Shown here: positions 22,601 to 34,886 of the stretch, piece by piece
Numbering within the stretch: the stretch's first letter is position 1
Layout: each line of letters opens with the position of its first letter
NCBI GenBank assembly: GCA_020891255.1
Contig: BQFW01000007.1
Span: 372,001-436,000, forward strand
Direction: 5' to 3'
DNA: 64,000 nucleotides
Source: Entomortierella parvispora E1425
Taxonomy: Eukaryota; Fungi; Mortierellomycota
The notes under the pieces: model-generated
Database searches by the model: none
What the model was told of the DNA's origin: nothing
The model's input: only the letters and a program-made list of their open reading frames with translations
Position numbers and translations under genes: made by a program

Positions 22601-25600
22601 GGCTGCCCCATACTGAAGGGAGGAGCGCCGACGCTGATGGATTTGGGCTTGCCGTTGGAGTTCGTATTCTTCTTTGCTCAGACTTTGATCCATAGATGAC
22701 TCTGGCAGGGTGATTTCGTCTCTCTTTCCATGACCACTAGCGTCCAGACCTTGATCCCGCTGTTGACGACGAAGATGCCGAGAGCTGGCAATTAGGGTTG
22801 CGGTAGATTCCTCAATCTTGAGCTCGTCATCAAATTGTTCAATCTCGTCCTCGGTAACCTGCGACTGGCCCAAGGATTGCGGCTGAGCCGATGCCTGCTG
22901 AAGATGCGAGGCTGTCGAGTACATAGATTTCATAGAACGTGACAATGAACGGGACATGGACGAAACAGACACAGATATGGGTCCTGAACCATGGCGTTGT
23001 TGTCCATGCGATGGTTGAGAAGCTGGGTGAACAGGCTGATCCTGATGTTCACTGTGCTGCTCGCTAATGTCCATGCTTTGGCTAGGGTTGCCAGCACTAA
23101 TCATGCTGACGCTCTGGTTTTGCTGCTGAGGCAATCGATGCGAGATCTTGGGAGACATGAGCTGTGACACCCATGGGCTCTCGACCGTCTCATCCTCCAC
23201 AACTTCAATATCCACTTCTTCCATGGCCCTCTTTCCCTTTTCAGGCCCAGAGGATTCCTTAGGCAATCGGGATCCAGCAGCAGAAGATGTAGAGGCCGAG
23301 AAGGCAGACCGTTGCAGGAGCTGCTGTTGCTTTGCCAATTCGTTGCGTCGCTGTAATGAAGTCAGTGTCTGCTGTCCAGGCTGTGGGGTTGCTGTTTGCT
23401 GTCGTGAGGAGCCGAGAGCACCTTGAGCTGGAGATGAGTCATGTGGGCTCTGAGAGGGACTCGAGCTACGGCTCGAACTGTAGAAGGGAATGGTTGAAGA
23501 CGTATTCTGATCCTCCAGTCGCTGCTGTTGACTGTTGCTGTTGCTGCCGCCATTTATACTCAGCCCTAATCCAACGCCAGATCCCAAAGATTGCTGCGAC
23601 TGATGAGAGGGAACTGCATCCTGAGAGAGCGAGATTCGTTGACGCAGCAAAGGTGAAGACGATGCATGGTGGAGACTGTTTGGCTGGGACAAAGAGGTGA
23701 AATTCTTCATCGGTGTCGTCCTATTCACTTTGCGAGGTGATTCCAGCCCACTGTGCTGTTGCTGCTGCTGTCTGGATTGCTGCAACGACATTTGCGAAGG
23801 AGGACCCTCAAAGACTGAATCCTGGCTCGAAACTGCACGCTGCTGCATGGCACTGGCAGGCCGCTCCACACCTCGAACATTCTGGATCACAGTCCCTTGC
23901 CCAGGACTCGAAGGTGCTCCTGGCATAGACGTTGCTCTTTGAAGAAGCATCTGGCTCTGGAAAGGAGAGTGCTCACTGCACGCTGCATTGTTGTTGGAAG
24001 ACGAGAGATTCTCCTGATCCTCCTGCTGGTCTCCATGAGCGTGCTGCTGCTGTTGAGGCGATTTTTGGTGGGCACCAAAGCGTCCCTGCAAGGGTCGCTG
24101 TCTCTGGTAAGCGCGCGCTCCCGGAGGCGAGAGTGTCGAACCGGCTTGGGCTTCGGCAGAAGAGGCTGCAGCTGCCGCAAAGGGGCTGGGAGGGATATCG
24201 TCCGAAATCTTGGTGACGAGCAAGTCCAAATGTTGCGACAAATCCTGGTCAATCTCCATATCCGTGTCCATCATCATGTCGACTCCTCGCTGCAATTCGA
24301 TCGCTCTTTGCTGCCGCTGTTGCTGCTGCTGTTGCATTTGCTGACTCCTTGCAGATGAGCCTCGACCTTGTCTTCTGAGCTCCTCTTCTTCCTCTTCTTC
24401 TTCAGTCATCACACTCATCCTTGCAGTAGCAGCCGCAAATTCAGAAGACTGCGACGCGGCCTGGTTTTGGTTCTTTTGTCGACGGATTAGGCTTATCTTT
24501 TTGCTCCCAAAAGCTGAACCGCCGGGAATGCTGGCCATGTCGGACGAACGACGTCTGGTGACTGGAGAGGGCGACTGGGAGGGGGTAGTGGACTGTGGCT
24601 GTTGAGTCTGGTTGTTGTTCATGTTGATGGTGCTCAGGGGTCGAGGAGAGCCGAGGTTGCCCGCCGCCATCTGACCTGACGATCCTGCTCCCGAACTGTT
24701 TGAGCCAAACGGTGCCGGTGAAGCCAAGAAGCTGGCGCGTGTTGGAGTGGATGACATATTAGGTGACGCAGAGCCAGCACCAGTCGCCAATGCCAATCTC
24801 GTCTTGGGTACTGGCAGGCGCGATATCCCTGGAGTAATCAATGATGATGACACAGCTGAAGCCGAAACTGATATAGACGAGGACGCTTGCTGCTGTTCAT
24901 TTTGTAACCGAGCGTGCGCTTCTGAAAACTGTTGGAGTCCGGTCCCTCGAGGATTGGTCGATGTTGCTGTAGCAGAGGGACTGGCTGCAGCGCTACTGGT
25001 GCCACTGCCGGTTCCACTGCCGCCCAATCCAGTCCTATAAGAAGTCCGAACTACCTTTGTAACCTTGTCGCCCTCAATCAAATTCATCTGGAACTGTTCT
25101 CCCGATTGGATACGTGATGCAGTAGAGGGTCGAGTGGATGTGGGCTGGGTATACTGTTGCGGTTGTTGAGATGAAGGGGAGAGAGGTCCAAATGAGGTTT
25201 GATCGTAATGGAAAGGCTGTGATGAAGGCTGCTCAGATTGTCTGCGTCCTTGCTCCTGCTGATAGTGTTGTTGTTCTAATTGCTCCTGCTGCTCTTGTTC
25301 TTGTTGCTCCAGCTCCTGTTGCTGCTGAATCAACATCTTTTGGCGCTCTTCTTGGAAACGTCTCTCCTCATTTTCAAAGTTGGGTGTCGAATGAAGGGAC
25401 CTTCGATCTAGGGCTTTTGGACAATATCCAGAGGCAAAGAACTCGTGCCGGAGGACGTCAGAAACTGAAGGTCGAGACGCTATTTATGGTGAAGAAAGAA
25501 TTGTTGGGATACTGATCAGCAAGGCGTTTTCTCGGACAGAGCCATCCAAGGAGTCTTGTCATTGGAGTGTGATGCCTATCCAACATACCAGGCAAGGGAG

Positions 25601-28016
25601 TAAGGAGTGCCCTAATCAGATTCTTGGCCTCGTCTGAAAGCGGTACGTCAGCTGGGAACTCGTAGTTATTATCGCGGATTTTCCTGTGGGTATAGACGCA
25701 AGCCATAGTTAGTCATTCTGCTCATGACACTGGGCTTTTGATGATACCATTCATGATCCCCACTTACTTGTAAATCAGTTTTACTTCACTCGTCTGGAAT
25801 GGAGGTTTTCCTATCAGGAGGGTATACCTGGATATAGACATACGCGGTCAATCGAAGCTCAACTCGTTTTCTTCCACAATGCAACACAATCCATGGCCAT
25901 TTCTTACATGATCACACCCACAGACCAGATGTCGACCTCAAAGCTGTGCCCGTTATCTGTATCAAACAGAATTTCAGGCGCAATATAATTAGGCGTGCCA
26001 CATATCGTCCTATAGATTGTAAAATCCAAAAGAGCAAAAATCGTGAGTACGGCATGTCCTCTCATTACTTTCCATTGTTTCATTCCATTTTTTCTTGCCC
26101 TTTTTCCATACTTTTTCCTCTCGCCATCCAGAATCACGGCTGCCAGACCGAAATCTCCAATGCGGACATGAAGATCATGTGTCAAAAAGATGTTGCCGAG
26201 CTTCAAATCACGATGAATGACCATTTTCTCGTGCATGTACGAGCATCCCAGGACAATTTCCTTCATGTAATATCGCACTTCGGGCTCCGTGAGTCGTTTC
26301 CGGCGCTTAATGAGCTCCATGAGGGTCTACATTGCATGATGTCCATTGAACTTATTTTAGCGCCGATAAAGTCGAATCATTCTCAATGAAAAAAAAAAAT
26401 ACAACATACCTTGCTGTCACATAATTCCATGACCAAGTAGACAAAGTTGTCGTCTTCGAAGCAATGGTGGTACTTGACAATGTAGGTGTTGCTCATGGCA
26501 GAGTGAATTTTGATTTCGGCAAAGAGCTGGCATTCGGTCAAGAGAATCCATCGATTAGCAATGAATTAGTCAGAATTTTCAATGAAAATGAATAAAAAAG
26601 CACAAGCGGACCATTTCCCTCCTCTCCAGTGTCTGTGCATTGGAATGTTCAAGCGTACCTTGTGACGCGCCTTGTGCGAGGCAAGCTCAGATTTCTGGAT
26701 CACTTTGGCCGCAAACCGATCATTGTTCTCGTCCGAAATCAAAAAACAGCTTGCAAATCCACCCTGGAGAATATTGGAAAATATTCAGGGAAAATTAAAC
26801 ACGTTAGAAAGGGTAGGGTAATGGATTGTCGCGCTGCACAGTGCGACGATCATTTCCGTGACGATAATGACAACAAGGACCCCTTAGACAGCAGCCAAGT
26901 TATTGCAAAAAAAAAGTAGTAATTCGCGCTTACCTCGCCCAATGAAGGTCCACGGGTATAGGCTCTTGACCCTCCATTATCCAGAATACGGTCTGGTGGG
27001 GGCAAACGTGGCGGCTTGTCCTTTTTGCGAGACTTTGGCTTGTCAACGTTGCCAGTTTGGGTCTGCGTCTGTGTCTGCGTCTGCGTTTGTGTCTGAGTTT
27101 GCATGGTGGTGGCATGGGTATTGGTTTGGTGAACGTTGTTGTTGTTGTTGTTATTGTTGTTGTTGGCGTGGTTATTGTTGTTGCCACCTCGGAGTCCGCC
27201 CATCATGGTCAGGGGATGGTTAGAAGGGTGAGAGTGGAGATTCCGCTGTTGGCCCGCGAACTGAGGCAGGTGGGATCCCGTTGGCGCAGTCGTTAAGGCC
27301 CCCCCTCGGGGCGAACCTTGTTGTGGCACTCCGTCGAATCGCCGACTGGGTGCCTGAATCTGGCTCTGACCTTGACCTTGTCCTTGCGGCTGCACCGGCC
27401 GGGGCGGCTGTGGTTGAGCAAAGGGTTTCTGCGTCGTCAATGTGGAGGATGAGCCCATCATGGGCGTGAGACCGCTACTGCTGCTACTGCCACCCGTCGT
27501 CGTCGTCGTTCCCGTTTTGGAGGTCGCGTTGTTCATTGTCCGGTGATTACTGATAGCAGTGTTATTATGGACAACACCTACCATGCCGCCTTGTTGCTGG
27601 TACTGAAACCCCATCTGAGGCGAAAACGACGACGACGACGGGGACGAAGACGAGGCTGTGTGGCCGCCCATCATCTCGTTGTTGTTATTGTTGTTGTTGT
27701 TATGGGTGTGGTTGCTGTTGTGATGATTGGACACGGGAAGCTGGTATTGCAGTCTCCGTCCCGGCTGGACCAACGATGACGGGACACTGGCAGACGGGAG
27801 CCGGGAGGGCGGTTTGATAGCACTAGGCGCTGAATTCACGGAAGGTATTGACGACACTGTTGACGACGACGACAAGCCCGAGACGCGTTGTTGTTGCTGT
27901 TGCAGGTGTGAAGGATGCTGCTGATAGGGCGAAGACGCGCTTGTCCGGGTCAGTCTGGGCGTGTTCCTGGGTGACATGGCCGCGTTGTTGTGGACGCGGT
28001 CTTGGTCCTGGTCCTG

Positions 28017-28062
<46 letters not shown>

Positions 28063-28154
28063 TGTTGCTGTTGCTGTTGAATTTGCTGTTGGCGCCGAGG
28101 CATCGACAACGGAGTCGTATAAGCGGCCATGTGGATCGGATCCTTCTCTCTCAC
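19669..28154 (-). CDS. CDC5: Polo-like kinase, ~2,500 aa (multi-exon)
   Basis: Spliced kinase: LGE|[49 protein letters not shown]. Polo boxes: [48 protein letters not shown]|[11 protein letters not shown]. Confidence 0.93.
28014..28079 (-). repeat. CAG/CAA tract encoding 22 consecutive Gln in exon 1 of the polo kinase
   Basis: Read directly from the sequence. Confidence 0.9.
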
Positions 28155-28676
28155 GTTGTGGTTTGGGGAAGGATCAGTGCGAGCGGGAGAAATGCAATTA
28201 CGAGTGGTGATTGATGGATGGATGAATGGCTAAAGGTGGATTATGCACGGCGATGTGGGGCGCAGAGCCGATGAGAGGGGGTGGTATGCCAATGGGGGGT
28301 AGTGCAGATGGATTATGAAGAGATGGACAGATGGATAGATGGAAGAATGAATGGGATGAATGGTGTTGATCGATGGATTGATTGAAGTACATGTACAGGA
28401 TGCGACCGCTCCAAGGACGGGGATTAAAGAGAGAAAAAGAATCAAGGCTGAACCAGCAGGGAACAGGTGAACAAGTGAAGAATGAATGAAGGGATGGAGA
28501 GAATGGACGGATGGATACAAAATGGATGAACTCGACCAAGGAAAGGGACAATAAAAAAAGGGAATCACGCGGCACCATGGGACACCCTGACACAACACAC
28601 ACGCAGACAGACAGAACGCGAAGGGGAACAAAGGGCAAGAGGGAAAGAGGGAAGGAGGGAACAAGCCAGAGAAGGT

Positions 28677-28679
<3 letters not shown>

Positions 28680-28712
<33 letters not shown>
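28680..28712. repeat. poly(T) tract, 33 nt, upstream of the polo kinase
   Basis: Read directly from the sequence. Confidence 0.95.
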
Positions 28713-29148
28713 CTTCTCTTCTCCTCCTCTTTCTCTTTCTCTTCTCTCCTTCACAGCCAGCCCTGCTGGTTGGTTGCACAAAGCAGACTGGCACACACTT
28801 TCTCTCTTTCGTTAGACGACCATCTCGTTCTCTCTTTTCTTCTTTTCTTTCTCTCTGGAGCCAGGTGTCCCGTGTCTCCTTCCTTTCCCCCCTGCTGCAA
28901 CAGGGGGCCGGCATGTGTACCAGGACGGACAAGAAAAGATGGTGGCAATGAGAGCCAAACGAAACAAGGGTGCCTGAAAAAAATAAGCATCTTGTCTGTT
29001 TCGTGTCTCTCTTTTCTGCTGCGTTATGTTCCAAGGCCCGACCGACTGACTTTTTGGCTGAGAATCGTTACCATGTTTATTCTTTTGTTCATATTCGTTT
29101 TCAAAGCTGTACATGTATCATCATGTACGGTGAAAAAGGTCATATATC

Positions 29149-32100
29149 TCAAAGCTGCTTCTTGCGAAGGATCTCGGACAACCGATGAAGCGACATCCCC
29201 ACCTGGACCGTGCCGCCGCTGACGCCTGCGCCCGCGGGTCCCGACGAGGATCCATTCCCGTTGCTCCCTCCACCCTCTTCTTGTCCACCACTGCCAGGAA
29301 CAGACACGGACACGCCTTGTTCTCTTCGGGCCTCCAACTTCCACACGGCTTCTTCCTCTGTCAATCCTTCCTGTTCCACCATCCGTTGAATCTCGTTGAT
29401 GATCCGAAGTCGACGACTAAAGAAATTGGCCGCCGAAGAACTCGTTCTCCAACTCGGTCCATACTCGGCCTCCAGTTGACGGATGGAGGGTTGCCCTGGT
29501 CCCAGACCCACCGTCCATTCCTTCCAAAGCTCTGGCACCGTGTTCACCTGACGGTTCATCACATAAATGGCTGACATGGATACTGTCGAGTGTGTCTTTT
29601 GGTGGTTTGAATGACCCGGGATGGCCTGGTGCTGTGACTGGTGGTGATGTTGATGCAGGTGCGCCTGATGATGTGGATGGCTGCCATAGTGTTGGTGGTA
29701 CTGGTTGCTGGACTGAGAGAGTGAGTGAGAGTGAGAATGAGAGTGAGAATGGGTGTGAGAGGTCGTTGAGCTGTGCTGTCGTTGCCTGTCCGTAGCGGGT
29801 AGATGCTGATGAACGTGTTGTTGATGATGCGGTTGTGGTCGGTAAGGCGCTAGGTGGTAGGAGTGTTGTGCAGAGAGCGCGCTGGGTGGCGGAGGGAGAA
29901 GAGGGAGAGCAATCGGATGTTGTCGAGGCAGCGGCGGTGGTGGAGCTCCATTCTGACCGTGCAAACGGACCAGCGATTGCTTCATGTCCTGCTCCTCGTC
30001 CTCAGACATCAAGTGGTCGCCCAGGCCAGGCTGAGGGCGATAGGCAGGGTGCCGTTGCCCCTGCAGATGATAGTGGTCAGGGTGGTCAGGGTGGTCATAA
30101 TATCCGTTGTTCCGTAATCCAGGGGGTGTGCTGCCCGACTCTTTGGCAAAAGATTGAGGAGCAAAAGGAGGCTGCTGCTGCTGCTGCCGAGAGTGATGCT
30201 GCTGTTGTTGTTGTTGAAGTGACAGCAGCGATGCCGCAGAAGAGTGCCCTTCCCCATGAACATGAGGTGATCGCGACGAAGAGTGCTTCATGGGCATGCT
30301 GGACATGGATCCTGTTCTGGAAGGACCCAGGTCTCCAGCTAAAACCTCTGCCACCATCACCTCTGTCTTTGAGACACCCATGTGCGCGCTTCCAACCTGA
30401 AAATACTGCGGTTCACGGTGCTGTTCCATGGGAGAGCGGTGAAGGTTGCCACGGTGAAGCCCCTGCTCGGATGGATAGTTGAATCGTCCACTGTCATATC
30501 GGTCCTCTTCCTGACTGTAGTCTCTCTGGTCAAAACGAGGAGGGTGATCGTCATTGATCTGATACCGGCCATGGCGGAAGAATGCTATCCTGTCGTCCTC
30601 ATCAGCAGGCTCCCTTTCTGCATCCTCGATCCTCACTCCTCTGGTGTCCATGTCGTACCGACGTCCATACGATTGTGTTCGGAGGTGGTCTGATGAATGC
30701 TGGTACTTTGCGGATGGACTATCCTCCAGCTCTTCTCGCGACCGATGTATGTCCCCTCGAGGATGAGCATTTTCCTGACGGTTGTGCTCATAATCCATCA
30801 CAATACCATCCTCGCCGTCATCGTCACTCTGTCTTCTTTGTGGCCCTTGACTGCCACTGTCTTGGGTTGGCCGCATCGAGGTGGAGGTAATCTTGGCTCC
30901 CACCGACTCAAACTTTACAGGCCCAGCCGTGGTTGATTCCCTGACCATGCCACCCCCAGAAGGCGACTGGGGACGAAGTGGGGGTGGTGAATATGACCGA
31001 GCTCGCTTTGCTCCATCTCTGATCGCCTGTCCTGCTTCCGAAAGGTTATCGCTGCTCCTTCTTTGTCTCTTTGTTCGTGCAAGTCGTTGTTCAATCCCTC
31101 CATCCGCCTCCTCACAGCCTCTGGAGGTGGGCGATGAAAAAAAGTCGGCAGAAGAACGCCCTGCCCCCGATGGTTCCCTCGGGGGAGCTCTTTGAGAAGA
31201 ACTGTCAGCCAAGGGGACGGATGCATGCTGATGTTCGCGCTCTGAGGTACCCTCGTGTTCCGGACCGCCTGAACCCTTACGATGCCAGGAATAGTCCCCC
31301 ATTTGTCTCAAGTCCTGATGCTGGCCTCTTGGACTGGACCCGATTTGTGGGCGAGAGAGATGGTGGCCATAGAGGGCTCTCGCGTGGTACTCCTCAAGGC
31401 CTCTCGCAATCAGCTCAATGAGGTCATCGGACCGACTGCTCGCAAGTCCGCGATCCAAAGTCTCGAACCCGCTTTGCCTATGAAAGGGAGGCCGGCGGTA
31501 GTAGAGCGGGTACTGAGAAAGATCAAGGCCGCTGTTCTGGTCACGCGCCGGATGAGCATTATTCAGGGGCAGAGGATGAGGGGGTGAGGCCACGAGGTCA
31601 CTGCGCCTAGATGCTATAATAGCCGTTGCTCCTGCTGTTGGTGTTGCTATCGCTGTTGTTGTTGTTGTGGTTGTGGTTGATGTTGCCATTGGCTCATCTA
31701 GGTGTTGGGCATGGTGTTCAAGTGATCCTGCTGTTCTAGGTCGAGCCCCGTTCAGCACCAGCTCTCGAGTTGCTACTGCCGCATGTGCTCCGTTACTGAC
31801 AGCACCACTTTCAATATCGTTGGTTCTGCTCTTCTCTTTCTCGTGCGTTTCTTGGTCCCTTTGCTCCTCTGATCGGTGTTGTGGTTGGGATCGGTGGTCG
31901 TGCTCTCCCACACCACTCTTGGTATATGGACTGGAAGGCCGCTCCGACTGCCTCCTGCTCTGATCTCTACGGTCCATTGCTTCAATAAAGCCCAAGTCGA
32001 ACTGGTATGGCTGTTCTGAGGACCTTCTACTTGTAGACTGGGGCAGGCGCTGGGAATACAAGAGCTGATGGACTCTATCCTGCAGCTGGGAGATGATCAG

Positions 32101-32678
32101 GGCCGTCTCCCTATGAGATTGCTCCAGTTGACTTAACCGCTGAGCATGATCTTGTTGCCTTCCGTGACTTTGGTGTGGATGTAGCTGTTGCAGATGGTGT
32201 TCTTGTGGATGATAGTGCTGTCGGTGTTGCTGTGGGAGCAAGTGCAATGGATGTGATGGAAGGTGTAGTTGAGAACTTGATCCCGGCATGGTAGTGCTGC
32301 AGTTCTGGCACTGGAATTGTTGTGAGAGTGGACGGGTTGACAGATGCGAGTCTGTTGAAGATTGTTGTCGCCGTAATTCGTGATCCCACTGGACGAGGAC
32401 AGGCTTTAAAAATGTATCGACCCAAGAGCGTAAAGAGTCAAAGAGATGAGATGGTATGTCCGAGGGATGAGTTGGAGCTGAAGGGATCGATCCCGAGGGA
32501 CCTTGGGTGACTACATCCAGGTACTGCAGTAACGTTTGAGGCATGGTCCTCTCCGACACATCAGAGCCGTGATCCAAATTCTCGCGACGCCATGCCTAGA
32601 AGAATAGGAGTCAAACGGCATGACCAAAAGAGAGGGAAAAAAACGACACAGAGAGGGGTGGAATGATGAAGCAGCGAG

Positions 32679-32716
<38 letters not shown>

Positions 32717-33850
32717 AGAGCGAGAGCGAGAGGGGGAGAGAGTGGACAGAGCGTGGACAGAGCGAGGAGTAGTTGAGACGGGGGCACGGAGACGGTTAGT
32801 CCAAGATAAAGACAAAGAAAAAGAGAGATCGGTCGACCAACACCTCGTCAGTTGATCGTGTAAGCAGAGGAAACAACCACCCTCGACAGCTCATCCACTC
32901 GCCTTTATGTACTTTACCTGCCAACGAGCGAGGCCATATGGGCTTGCAGAGACCTCTGACATATCACAGTCTCGCGTCTCCTCTGATGGGGGGTTCTCTC
33001 CCTGTTCATCCTCGTCCCCTGCCGACCTCGTCCTGTCGGTCGCTGGAGCCACCATCTCCTCGTCCTCGTTGCTGTCAAGACGTAGGACTGTGCCCTTTGG
33101 CCCATTGGCTGAAACTGCGATGGAGGAAGACGATGGCGAATGGGGAATGGCTGCTCCCGTGTCGCTGTGGTTGCAGTGGTCATTATCCCTGCGCGCCGTT
33201 GCTGCTTTTGCTGCAGTCGTTTCAAGGAGGTTTTTGTGTGCGTGTGCATGCACCTGCCTCGATGCCTCACTGTCGGAAGAAGCACTGTTCCTGAGCCGCA
33301 GCGACTTTGAAGGGGAGGGGGAAGATGGCGAGCTGCGGTCGGGGGATGACTTTGCAGCGTGGCCAGGTGCAGCTACTTCCTCCTCCAGGGAGGAATCGCG
33401 CGGATCTTCTTTGTCATGGGTGACTAAGCTTGAGGCACTTTGTCCTGGTTCAGATTCCAACGTCTGCTTTTTAGGATCCGGAGTTCTGTCTTTGCCCTGG
33501 ACAGCACCCTCATCTGGACCCTGACCTTGGCCTTGTCCCTTATTGGATTGTGGTTGAGCAAGAGACCGTGATTGTCGACGGTTGAGAACGTCTAGAATCA
33601 CGACAGTGTGATCCTTGGACGTGTCGTGAGGATGTTGTGGGGACTGTTGGTGCTGCTGCTGCTGTTGTTTCTGCTGAGTGGGCGGTTGAGGTATCTTGGA
33701 GTTGAAGCTGCTGCGATGAAGTCTTCCGCCTCGTAGATTAGGGCAAGAAGAAGAGGAGGAGGAAGGCGACTTGTCGGGGGAGTTTGAACCAGCATTGGAG
33801 GCGGCGGTCGCGAGGCAGTCGAGGGCCGCCGCTTGTTGCATTGTGGACAC
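29149..33850 (-). CDS. GCR1_C-domain transcription factor (Gcr1/Msn1/Hot1-like), two exons
   Basis: Intron 32917-32596 joins ..ARWQ|AWRREN.. in frame. The C-terminal YVMNRQVNTVPELWKEWTVG..PSIRQLEAEYGPSWR..FFSRRLRIINEI is the GCR1_C signature. Confidence 0.88.
32682..32714. repeat. (GA)n microsatellite inside the intron of the GCR1_C gene
   Basis: Read directly from the sequence. Confidence 0.9.
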
Positions 33851-34886
33851 AGAGATAGAAGGGAGAGGGCAGAGGAGGAATAGGGAGGGTTCGTTGGTCC
33901 TCGAAGCAGTTGTCGCACGGTCAAGGGTGAGAAAGCTGCAACGTCGGGAGATGCTGGAGGGGAATCAGATGTCTGTGAGGGTCATGCAGAGTAGAGAGAA
34001 ATGAAGAAGAAGAGAGCATGCATGTCATGCATGCATTCACTCGCTGGGGCGTAACCGTCGTGCCATGGACCATGGCTAGCCCAATGCCTTTCGCAGTAAC
34101 ACGGATTTGACCACTCTCTGCACCATGGAACCATTCTTGAATGCAAGAGATGCATCCTTAGACATGCATCCATCGACCGTGGGCTCACCCTTTCTCTCTG
34201 GACTCTTTTCTCTTTGTCTTTGTCTCTTTGTCTCGTTCCGTCTGTTGCATATCTCTTTCTTTCTCTCTTTCTCTCCCTCTCTCCTTCCTCTTTTTTCTCT
34301 CTCTCTCTCTCTCTCTTTCGCATACACCTCTCTCTGTTGATCTTTGTAGTAGGCCGTGGCTGTCGCCTTGTCATCGGTTCTTTTTCTTCATTTCCTGTTT
34401 CATCCCTCATTCCTCTCCTCTTCTCCGTCTCCTGTGTTTCCTCTCCCATCCTTGCTCTCTCTCTTTCTCTTTCTCTCTCGCTCGCTCGCTCTTCCTCTCT
34501 CTCTCCCTCACCCTCCTCCTCTTCTCCGTATAACTGCAGTATTCTCTTTCAATTAAGACCCCCCCCCCCCCCAAAAGAGAAACACGACCCACACGCGTCC
34601 CGACAGGGTCAAAAAAGTTAAAAAATGTAAAACGAAAATTCCTGTGCGCCACCAATAATGAGTTAGTGGCAAAAACCCTGTTGAGGCTGATCATGGACAG
34701 GGTTACGTTTATCGCTGGTATGAATGCGGAATCACGGAATCACGAGGGGGCTGGTGGGGGGAAATACTCGGCTGGCTAAATACGATAAATACAGAAATTG
34801 AAAGAGGTGTGCTGCAAGAGGGCGCCGACAATACAAGTAAAAAAAAGAAAGAGAGCTAGAGAGAGAACGGAAAGAAATGGCAGCTT

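Noticed and set aside
28198-29222. Several overlapping 100-280-aa ORFs upstream of the polo kinase
   Set aside because: They arise from low-complexity purine/pyrimidine tracts and homopolymers lacking stops; no domain content.
33982-34694. Overlapping ORFs rich in ERE/SLS repeats
   Set aside because: Translations of (GA)n/(CT)n promoter microsatellites.
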